Shown: positions 37,422-48,105 of the stretch, in pieces
Position numbering within the stretch: the stretch's first letter is position 1
How the letters are laid out: every line of letters begins with the position of its first letter
Source of the DNA: Octopus bimaculoides
Lineage: Eukaryota
Length of the DNA stretch: 64,000 nt
NCBI RefSeq assembly: GCF_001194135.2
Contig: NC_068991.1
Coordinates: 17,127,397-17,191,396 of the forward strand
Direction of reading: 5' to 3'
Translations under genes and position numbers: made by a program
Notes under the pieces: model-generated
Told to the model about the DNA's origin: nothing
Seen by the model: only the letters and a program-made list of their open reading frames with translations
The model's database searches: none

Positions 37422-37545
37422 CAGGGCCGCCCTTAGGGTTGCTGGCGCCCCGGGCAAGTTGAACTTCGGCGTGTACAAGCTAACGGTCGAGGATATTTCC
37501 TTGTCTTTGTCACGCCCCGGGTGACTGCCTGAGTTGCCGGCCCTG
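37422..37545. mobile_element. hAT (Tip100-like) MITE, 124 bp
   Basis: TIRs CAGGGCCG...CGGCCCTG; 8-bp TSD ATACATGC / ATACATAC (1 mismatch). Confidence 0.8.
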
Positions 37546-38286
37546 ATACATACACACACACACACACAACGGGCTTCCATACAGTTTCTGTCAACGAAAA
37601 AGTCACCTTATCTCACAGAACCCTTGAACTTTTTCCATGAAACCATGGATATCTTGTAACCTACTTTGAGAAGCACTGGTGTAGAGTTTTTTTTTTTAGT
37701 TTAGCTTCCAGTTGATTGCTTTTCGGAAAACGCTAAACGTGTATAAGCACAAAGAAATCTTCGTATATTCCACATTATGTCTTATATTCATTGTCGTAAC
37801 ACTGAAAACTGAGACTTTGGACTCACTTGTTTCAAATTTCTGGTTAAACACCTGTTAATTCTATCAACAGATATTAATTGCGAGGTTAAAATACAGAACT
37901 TAACTAGTGATCATGAGGTCTAAGTCATGAGGTCATAAATCAATGTGTAGTGATACAGAAGAAGGGGCGTAACTTTGCACGTTCCAACATCTCACAGGAG
38001 CCAAGGAACCTTCTAAGTCAGTCACAGGCAAACTGCTGCCCGCGTGTCTTCCTATATGGCACACTTAACGAAAAGTTTCCTTGAATTTTTTTTAGTAATA
38101 CCTCATGCAGCCTACTTCTCCAAAAAGGCTGCCCGTACCTATTTAAAGTACTCGATCGGACTGCTACAAATAGCAGTCAAATCTCCCTCAAATCAAATCT
38201 ACTAACATAAAAAGAAAAGGGCACGTCAGACGATGTAGCAACAAATTCTATATTGTTGGGAAAATACATAGACTAGGTGATCACGG

Positions 38287-38402
38287 GGCGAAGGTAAAGA
38301 ATACGCACACCCGGTGGTTAGGATTAGTGTATGGGTTTAGGGTTAGAGTTAGGGTTTTTGTTTCGCCGAAAACGAGTGGTGTGCGTGTTCTTTACCTTCG
38401 CC
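38287..38402. mobile_element. 116-bp MITE with telomere-like core
   Basis: 24-bp TIRs GGCGAAGGTAAAGAA(T/C)ACGCACAC; perfect 8-bp TSD GATCACGG; interior GGTTAGGATTAG..GGGTTTAGGGTTAGAGTTAGGG. Confidence 0.88.
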
Positions 38403-39234
38403 GATCACGGATGGACTACCTGTGATAGAGGTCTGCAAGACCACTGCAGATGTGGGATAAAAAAAAAAAAAAAAAANNNNNNNNNNNNNNNNNNNNNNNN
38501 NNNNNNNNNNNNNNNNNNNNNNNNNNNNNNNNNNNNNNNNNNNNNNNNNNNNNNNNNNNNNNNNNNNNNNNNNNNNNNNNNNNNNNNNNNNNNNNNNNNN
38601 NNNNNNNNNNNNNNNNNNNNNNNNNNNNNNNNNNNNNNNNNNNNNNNNNNNNNNNNNNNNNNNNNNNNNNNNNNNNNNNNNNNNNNNNNNNNNNNNNNNN
38701 NNNNNNNNNNNNNNNNNNNNNNNNNNNNNNNNNNNNNNNNNNNNNNNNNNNNNNNNNNNNNNNNNNNNNNNNNNNNNNNNNNNNNNNNNNNNNNNNNNNN
38801 NNNNNNNNNNNNNNNNNNNNNNNNNNNNNNNNNNNNNNNNNNNNNNNNNNNNNNNNNNNNNNNNNNNNNNNNNNNNNNNNNNNNNNNNNNNNNNNNNNNN
38901 NNNNNNNNNNNNNNNNNNNNNNNNNNNNNNNNNNNNNNNNNNNNNNNNNNNNNNNNNNNNNNNNNNNNNNNNNNNNNNNNNNNNNNNNNNNNNNNNNNNN
39001 NNNNNNNNNNNNNNNNNNNNNNNNNNNNNNNNNNNNNNNNNNNNNNNNNNNNNNNNNNNNNNNNNNNNNNNNNNNNNNNNNNNNNNNNNNNNNNNNNNNN
39101 NNNNNNNNNNNNNNNNNNNNNNNNNNNNNNNNNNNNNNNNNNNNNNNNNNNNNNNNNNNNNNNNNNNNNNNNNNNNNNNNNNNNNNNNNNGGAAAACTTT
39201 TCATGGGAAGGATAACTTCCCTTGGCAAAAATAG

Positions 39235-39405
39235 ACAGGACACAGATATGTGTCGATAAGCCAGCTGGAGGAGATGTTCTCCTGGGGCTAAAAGCAACAG
39301 TAACATCCACCCTTAGGGGTCAGCCACATTTAAATGGCAAATATACTTCACTTTATCGTGCAGTTACTGTTAACACCTCGTTCAGAGATTTAACATTGCT
39401 TGTTT
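39235..39405 (+). repeat. Interspersed repeat (probable retroelement 3' end); second copy inverted at 58732-58880
   Basis: CCAGCTGGAGGAGATG..GGGGCTAAAAGCAACAGTAACATCCACC..CTCGTTCAGAGATTTAACA present at both loci. Confidence 0.75.
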
Positions 39406-39431
39406 TCAAATATAAATAAGGAGAAAGTATA

Positions 39432-39795
39432 CTGTAGGCGCAGTTATCTCCCTTGTCAGCGGGTTTAAACAAGCTCATGCTAAAATGATACAAGCAGCGG
39501 TGAGATTCTGACACGAGGCTTTGTGACTTACGTTTTTGGCATCTAGATGTCGTAGAGCAAGCACATATAGTCTTGTTGGCTCTCTTACGACACGCAGTGA
39601 CTAGCAGACACAAGGTAACACACAGAAGAAGAGCATGGCCTCCACGCATCAAACTAGATCATGTCTTTGCTTTCTGATGTCTAGATGCCAAAAAGAGGAA
39701 GTCGCAAGGCCTCATATCAGAATCTCACCACTGCTTGCACCATCTAGCTTGAGCTTGTTTTGAACCTGTTGTCAAAGGAGGTAACTTGCCTACAG
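39432..39795. repeat. Long imperfect inverted repeat (about 135-bp arms, about 90-bp spacer)
   Basis: CTGTAGGC..CAAGCAGCGGTGAGATTCTGA..TTTTTGGCATCTAGA pairs with TCTAGATGCCAAAAA..TCAGAATCTCACCACTGCTTG..GCCTACAG. Confidence 0.88.
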
Positions 39796-39979
39796 AGCCC
39801 TCCCACTCACCTTAGACTGGAAGCAGTCGAATAAGAGTAATGTAGGTGAAGTACATGTGCACTAGGAGGGCACAGAAGAATGAAATATGGCAAGACAGTT
39901 GTATGAACAATCGAAAAAATACAATGCAAGTATGTACAAGGAAAGGTGTCCAGTCAAATAGAACAAAGTATATATGCGC

Positions 39980-40185
39980 AGGAGTGGCTGCGTGGTAAGT
40001 AGCTTACTTACCAACCACATGGTTCCGGGTTCATTCCCACTGTGTGATACCTTGGGCAAGTGTCTTCTACTATAGTCTCGGGCCGACCAAAGCCGTGTGA
40101 GTGGTAGGCGGAAACTGAAAGAATCCCATCGTATATATGTATGTGTGTGTATATGGTTGTGTGTCTGTGTTTGTCCCCCCANNNN
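39980..40185 (+). mobile_element. tRNA/CORE-like SINE (octopus OK/OR-type); other copies near 4030-4197(-), 11795-11955(-), 42865-43020(-), 48170-48330(+), 48980-49105(-)
   Basis: GGAGTGGCTGCGTGGTAAG..GGTTCCGGGTTC..CCTTGGGCAAGTGTCTTCTACTATAG..GGAAACTGAAAGAA. Confidence 0.85.
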
Positions 40186-41396
40186 NNNNNNTATATATGT
40201 ATGTATATATACACTTGGCACAATCTACATATTGTTTATACTTGTAGCATGCGTAACTGTTCTCAGTTACGCACTCCAAATACTGTGGAATGGCGGCTGC
40301 TGAAGGAAAATGTCACAAGTCCACATTCACAAACATAAAATGAGAAATTCATAAACCGTAATCAGGTTTTTTAAAGAAAAAATGTGCATCGAAAATGCGC
40401 TTAACGAAGAAAGCAGAGTAAAAATAAACATTAAGTAAATCACGAAGATCGACATCACACGTGAGAAAGAACAACAATAAAACAAAAGCAAAGAGCAGAA
40501 CAAGTGTAGAATGCCAAGAAAAATAAACCAGAACAACAGAAATATTAAAAAGAAAATCAACAATATGTTAAATTTATGAACAGGAAATTCCTAAGATTGG
40601 AATCATGTACATAACAATAATCTAAATGTAGAAATGATTAAAGAATTGAAATCAATAGATGATATTCATAGGAATGTATATTACTTGTATACAATCAAAC
40701 GATCAAATAAGAAACGCAGGCGTGGCCACCACAGACTCCTTGAAAACATACACGAACGTCAATATCCTCGGGTTAAATTTAATAATATATACAGCAACCA
40801 CTGTAGTTGCTGTGTAATGTGGGCTGATGTCTTACATCTATTCATGGGAAAATCACAACACATGCAAATATGGAGAAATATATGACAAAATACAGAAGAA
40901 AAAATATATCATATCGTTATGAAATCAGAGAAAATCGTGACCAATTGAAACAAACAACGAGAAATGTTACAGAATTATAAAAATAATATATATAAACATG
41001 TTCTTTAAACTGAAGAGCACCTTAAGTGAAAAACACTAGCTAAAAAGGCAAAAATATGTCAAAGGGCCAATAAAACACACCGTTCAGCACCAAGGCAACA
41101 GTAATTTTACGAGAAATTTGTAAAAATATGGAATTTAATCCAACACAAACACAAGAAATTAATGACCTTTAGAGGACGAAAGGTTATCGAAGGAAACACC
41201 AGAAACATGGCTATTCTTAAAGAAAGTACAGACTACGTAAATATTTATGTAAAGCTATTGCAGTGATAGTGATCCAGCGGCAATTGTATTGATTAGGAAG
41301 GTACTGGAAAATTATAGCATCCATAACTAGCATGGTTCATCTGCAACGAAGGATGCACGACAAACAGTTTTTCAGAACTTCACCTCGAGGGTCAGA

Positions 41397-41441
<45 letters not shown>

Positions 41442-42160
41442 AGTCACCATATATGCTTTTTAGTTCCCCTCTATGAATATAGTAAGCAATTCTAAGAAAG
41501 ACTTATTGAACGCAAAATGACGTAGAGGTTTTTTATTTTTTAATACCTTAAATGATTTTTTAAATTCTATCTACACCAATCTCCAAATGATGTGTTGGGC
41601 AATTGAATATGTTCTGAATATTTATAAATATCATTCGTAGATCCAAAGATTTCAAACTTGTAGGATTCTATATGAAGTAAATGTATCATTCATTCCAAAT
41701 TCTTGAAATATTTAACTTTTGTATTTTGAGGTTGTATGAAGAACTTAGGGAAGTGTGCTATCCATTTAGCCATTTGTTTTTAACTTTCGAATACAGTAAG
41801 CAAAGTTTGACAGCAGATTCAAAGTATTTTCAAACACACTGAATGAGAATATATTTACATGCTCCCTCAAACATTCGTTTTCTGCTCTAAGCTCGGCGGT
41901 CAGACAAGTTCTCTTGCATAGTATTGCAGGATATATGTTATGCGTAGCGAATATTTTGACATACGTCATATTCGCGCGTAATAGGCTTATAATACCTTAC
42001 ACATTGCCTTTCATCTCGCACATCTCATTTGTAACACATCGTGCTACCGCATAAAAGTCAAACTTAAATGCATGGATCACATATTTAAACACACGTAAAC
42101 ACACACACAGTTATATGGATCTTCCATATATATGTACTATATACACACACAAGCAAGAGT

Positions 42161-42191
<31 letters not shown>

Positions 42192-45100
42192 AACATATGT
42201 AAATTTGAGTTGCAAAAGACAAATAATTTGCTTCTAAAGGGAAATGATAATATCTGTAAGCAATATTAAAATCAAATTATAATCAACAGATCTTGACTTC
42301 GGTTTTCATCATATAATTTCTTACTTCTGTATTTGTTATTTTTTTTGGGGGGGGGAGGCATGTCACCTCTTGAAACATAATATTTATATTAGATGCATTA
42401 AATACATTCAAACGAACACGTTTACATTCCATTCGTATCATACTTCATTTAGATTTTACTGCCGTTAATATTGTATCTAGGGTAAAATCACAGAAACAAA
42501 ATATATAATCGTGAGCATTTTGCCCATTAGAAATCTATCAGACTCTATATTCAAAGGAACGATTTTAAACAAGTTACAAGTTCATGTTTTCTCGTAGACA
42601 ATGCTCTTAGACTTCACCTACATATTTTAAAGTCAATCACTTCTAATAAACATACATCTCTACTAAAAATATAATACCATTCTTCAACCATCGGCGCACG
42701 GCTCGATGAACGCAAAGATGTTGGAAGTATGGCGGCACTTCTTAGTCTGCCATAAACCATGGGACTTATGAGAGCTGTACTTGATCCGATTTCCAATATT
42801 GATGTGATCCACAAGATAGAACGCCATCCACTAATAGACATTTATCCGATCTTCACATGTATATATAAGCCTGGCTGAGCGGAAGGGAGCTTGCTTCTCG
42901 ATTACATGGTTCCTGATTCAGCCCCACTGCGTGGCACATTGGGTATGTATGTTTTACTATAGTGACGAGCCGACTGTAGCCTTCTGTGATTTGGCCGATG
43001 GAAGCTGAAAGGAGCCCATTGTGTGTGTNNNNNNNNNNGCCCATCGTGTCTATATATATGTGTGTATGTGTGTTTATGTCATTGTGTCAGTGTTTGTCGC
43101 CCCATCGCTGCTTGACAACCAGTGTTGGTGTGTTTATTATGTCCTTGTAACTTAGCAGTTCGACAACAGAAAAAATCCCTAGAATAAGTACGAGGCTTTA
43201 AAAAAATAAGTCCTGGGGTTGATTTGTTTGACTAAAACCCTTCAAGGCAGTGCTCCAGCAAGGCCACAATCAAATGACTGAAACAGAGAGTAAAATAATA
43301 TATACATGCATGCAGGCATATAAATAATATTTAAAGAATACAATATTTATTGATCCATTTCAGCCAATCTTACAAATAATCAGTTTGAATGAGGTAATTA
43401 TGTGATTATGCAAGACTGCACTCATCAAAATGGTTGATATTCACCATAGCTTTCCCTACTGTCCATTCTGACAAGTGTAGTCCTGAGCAATTTCCTAATT
43501 ACCTAATTTGTGTGTGAAACCAATTGATAAGATTTGCTTAAATGGATCAATAAACTGTATTCTATAAAGATTGATATACCTATTGGTATACCTATGCTGT
43601 GCTTGAGAAGGTCCATTTAGACAAGTGAAATCGTAGTCATGGCTAATGCCACTGTCACATATCTGGCACTCATGCTGGCGGCATGTAAAAAGCACCATTC
43701 GACCTTTGGGCCTCACAGAGGCAGTGACAAGTGACTGAGACTTTTGGAAATAAACTGTGCTTGAGAAGACATGTCAAGCCAAGTAAGTTCATAGTCGTGA
43801 CAGATGCCGGTGTGTTGTAACTGGCACCCATGCCAGTGGTGCATAAAAAGTACCCACTACAGTCTTGGAGTAGTTGGCATTAGGAACTGCATCCAGCTGT
43901 AGAAACCATGCCAAATGAGATTGAAACTTGGTGCAGCTCCCCAGCTTACCAGTTTTCAGTCAAACTATCCAACCCATGCCAGCATGGAAAATGGACATTA
44001 AATGATGATGACGATGCCTATTCTATTGGTAAATTTATGTCTAGTTCTTTTTTCTAACTTGTGGATTCTTATAAAAATGCGTGTGTGTGTGTGTGCATAT
44101 ACACACACATATATCCCTATATATACAAATACATACATATGCAAAATATTTACTCTAGATCAATGAACTAACAATGTAAGTTATACCTCTCACCTTTATC
44201 AATTGAAATAACCTAAACCAATTCAATCCAAAAAGGTACGAAATAAACTAACCAAGAACTCTTAACAATTCTCAATTCAAATTTCTGACTTAAGAATCTA
44301 AAAATATCTAAAATAAGTTTATAGATAAACCCCATAAATAAGTATCAGAAACCAGCATTATAATTTATAAACAACCATACTTACAAATATATAATAATCA
44401 ATCAGATGACCTTAGAAATATAATCAGCTAAGGAATAAACTTAATAAAACTAGGAATTCCCCCTTCAGCTGCCTAACAGGCAACATGATTTTGGTGCCTC
44501 TTAGAAGCATACGATCTAATATTGCCTGAGAATATACAAATCCAGTAGTTTGCAGCCAGATTATTATTACAAACTTGACCACTTGTTACCTGATTACATA
44601 ACACAAAATTCAATTACAAAATCAAAATTCAATTAAATAAATTACAAAATCAACAATCAACATTTATAAAGATTAAATTAAAATGTAAATAAATACAAAT
44701 AACACAAATTAAAATAATCAACATAGATACACTAAAATCACAAATGTACCTATACTATGAACCTATTCAGAGACAAATAGTTACAACTAACAAATTACAT
44801 ATACTAACCAGCTATAAACTCAGAATATCCTAGGTGCCCAAACATTGTAAATCAGACATGACTGTTGTTTGAACTACCATTTATAATGAAATAACACGAC
44901 TTAAACACCTTTAATAACTTATAACATGAAATTTAAATTACTAAATAACTAATATAATAATTCCAATAAAATTAACTTTTCTACTCACCGCAAAACCTGT
45001 ACTTGTACTTTATCAAAACAGGGTGGGCTGAAGTCTAATGTTGCGGAAGTGACAGAAATCATCTGATGTGTAACATCAAAACAAAATATGTATTGACTAC

Positions 45101-45799
45101 TCAAGGCCACTTCTTTTCTCATTGGACCCATATGCAGTCACTGTAAACATAACTATATAACTGTAAATACACTTCTTAGTTAATTCTATAATTCACTCAT
45201 ACCTACCCATTTACTATATTATATTTAACATTTTAATTTAGCTTCAAGCTGTCAATCAAAATTATTGCTTCTTCATTTGAATATTATTATGCACATTTCA
45301 AATACACTTAAATTTCTTAGTCAATCTTTTAGTACTAAAATATTTTTTAGTGTAATCATTTGTTTAATCAAATTTCTAGTATTTAAAAAATATATCCTTG
45401 TGTACTTCTTCCATACTTAATTATAACATACTAAATCTATCCCTCTATCAATCTAATCTTTTAAATAAGTTGCAAACTGTAAACTTGAAACCATTCCATA
45501 TTTACTCAATATATCATTTTGTATAAGCCAAGTAGACTTAACTTCCTTAAATCTTTTAGACAGACAGAAAGGTAGGTAGGTAGATAGATATAATAGATAT
45601 ACAGGACTTGGACAAAATAATGGAAACACTGCTCTCAGCATCATCACCACCGTCATTTAACGTCCATTTTCCATGCTGGCATAACTATTTCTTTCTATTG
45701 GTTAAAAGACAAATTCAAAACTGCTCTGGTCCATATATATGTGTTCACATGTATTATGTATGACTTGTACTTCCTGATATGGCCTTCTGTTTCCCATTT

Positions 45800-46730
45800 T
45801 TCATTTGCAAGTGCATGACCCATCTAAAAGAGGGAATATTCTTGGAATGTGGATGGCTGGTGCTTCATTCACTAAAACTGTTAAATTGTTTAATGTTTTG
45901 AGAAGTACAGTTTCTGAAATCATGATAGCATTCCAAAATCAAGATAATGCCAGTTCGGGCAAGCATATAACTGAACAGAAGGCAAATCTCAGAGAGAGAG
46001 AGAGCATAGAATAGGGAAATGTAATGTGTTTAAAAACCATCAAACTATAGCAGCAAAAGTGATAGGAAAGCTAAATCACCTCATCAGTTTGTGCCAACCA
46101 AAACCATTTATTATGAGCTCCATAAAGCTGGATGCCATGGGAGAGCTGCAATTGTTAAAATTCTCTAGATCTCCATCAACATGAATAAGTGGCAAAAATG
46201 GTGTCTAGACTATCAGAAGTGATTAATAGGTCAATGGAAAAAAATGTCATCTTCTCTAAGGAATCATTATTCACCCTTTTTGCCCCTTTTGGGGTAAATT
46301 TATGTCCAGAGACAAAAGTAGCCTTCAACTCTGACTTTTGGCCCTACTATGAAGTGTGGAGGTGAATCTGTGATGATTTGGGCAGCCAAATCATGGAATT
46401 CTTTTAGTCCTTTAATTGTTCTACATGGCAGAGTTAATACCAAGAATTATCTGAATATTTGGGCTGATCATGTCCATCCTATGGTACAAACACTGTTGGT
46501 TATGCAACCTTCTAGGATGACATTGCATCAATTCACACAGCCAATGTTACTCAAAATTAGTATGAAGAACACAAGCGTGTATTAGACCATTTGGATTGGC
46601 CTTAACAATCACTGGATCTCAACATAAATGAAAATTTATGGTGCACTTGGAGTAGCAAATGAGGAAGCACTTGCCACTTCCATTCTCTCTGAAAGAGCTA
46701 AAGCAGGTTTTACTGAAAGAAGAGCTCAAA
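45800..46730 (+). mobile_element. Tc1-like transposase relic
   Basis: RGNILGMWMAGAS..VLRSTVS HTH; GGESVMIWAA..LIVLHGRVNTKNYL; WP.QSLDLNINENLW. Confidence 0.85.
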
Positions 46731-46739
46731 ATTTCCTTA

Positions 46740-47000
46740 ACAACCGTTCAGATCCTGTATGAGCGAATTCTATATGGCTAGTGTGGTCACCAGAGTTATC
46801 AGTTGTCAAGTGACCGGCTGTTTTCCTGAAGTTGGTGTAGCAGATCATTAGGTTCTTCGCATCACAGAACTCTAGAAGCCTTGTTCCCTCCTCATTTCCG
46901 GAACTAATTCCATGGCCTCTATGTACAGCATGGAAAACAGCCAGGTGCTGCCCAACATGTCCACTGAAATCACCAGCCATAAAGATAAGGTCACTGTCAT
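46740..47000 (-). mobile_element. RTE apurinic-endonuclease fragment
   Basis: AGDFSGHVGQ..HGISSGNEEGTRLLEFCDAKNLMICYTNFRK. Confidence 0.85.
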
Positions 47001-47789
47001 TTGTCTTTGTGGCAGCCCTTAAAGAATATCATAAAAACGATCCTTTTGTTCATTTGGCAGACCCAGTTGCTAGACATAGGCAGAGATAATTGTTGCTGTG
47101 CTACTTTGCAAAACTAGTCTAAGTTTAAATATTTTATCACACATTTTGACTACCTCGATCACCTGATCAACCTATTTCTCTGCTAGAAGTATGCCCACAC
47201 CACCTACCCTGTCACTGTTGCCTTAAATACACAATCTAAAACTATAGCACAAACAGATGAATACTGTGAGGTTTTTAAGATAGTTTAACATAATTAAACA
47301 TATATGGTTGATATGGTTAACATATCAACCATATATGTTAACAAGAAACACTTGTGTATAGAGATCTAAAAGTTTTCAAAAAAAAAAAAAAAAAAAANNN
47401 NNNNNNNAAAAAAAAAAAAAAAAGAAAATACCTCTTGCTCATCACTTCAGTACTTCACTTGGCCATATGTAAAAATTACAAGAAACAAAGTCAATATAAA
47501 GATCATTGTGTATTGTAAATGTTGCAGATCAAAGATTATATTAGCTTGACATAACAGCCCAACAGCTTTTTATTTGAAGTGATCTTATAGATAAGCTGCT
47601 TTCATAGCTAACGAGTACAAGTTTACCCCCTCACTCTCGGTGATAAAATGTGCTTGTTCATAATCTCAAGTATGGATGGCTATGCTGCTAAACACTATAG
47701 CTAGATAACTGTTAACTAATTGAATGCATATATGTGTATGTGTTTGAGTAAAACAGGGTGTTGAATGGTGTCCCTTTATAACTGACATT

Positions 47790-48105
47790 CTGTCAGTTAC
47801 AATGACAAGGGTTCCAGTTGATCTGGTTAACAGAACAGCCTGCTCGTGAAATTAACTTGCAAGTGGCTGAGCAGTCCACAGACATGTGTAATCTTAACAT
47901 AGTTCCCAGGAAGATTCAGCATAACACAGAGTGTAACAAGGTTGGCCCTTTGAAATACAAGTACCACTCAATTTTGCCAGCTGAGTGAACTGGAGCAGCA
48001 TGAAATAAAGTGTCTTGCTCAAGAACACAACATGCCACCAGGAATCGAACTCACAACCATACAATCATGAGTGAAATACCCTAACTACTAAGCCACGTGC
48101 CTTTG
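47790..48105 (-). mobile_element. Further tRNA-derived SINE family; second copy at 24570-24820
   Basis: GGGTTCCAGTTGATC..CAGCCTGCTCGTGAAATTAAC..GAATCGAACTCAC..CCCTAACCACTAAGCC (B-box-like on the minus strand). Confidence 0.75.

Noticed and set aside
227-39310. Long ORFs in the track that span N-runs (e.g. 227-949, 9474-10493, 19239-20105, 23506-24318, 38331-39215)
   Set aside because: Open only because N codons contain no stops; assembly-gap artefacts.
39353-39652. 99-aa ORF with a signal-peptide-like, Cys-rich start
   Set aside because: Lies within the inverted repeat and an interspersed repeat; no independent support for coding.
42614-42841. GC-richer patch with a 75-aa ORF
   Set aside because: No recognisable motif in any frame and no convincing splice pair; probably a decayed element.
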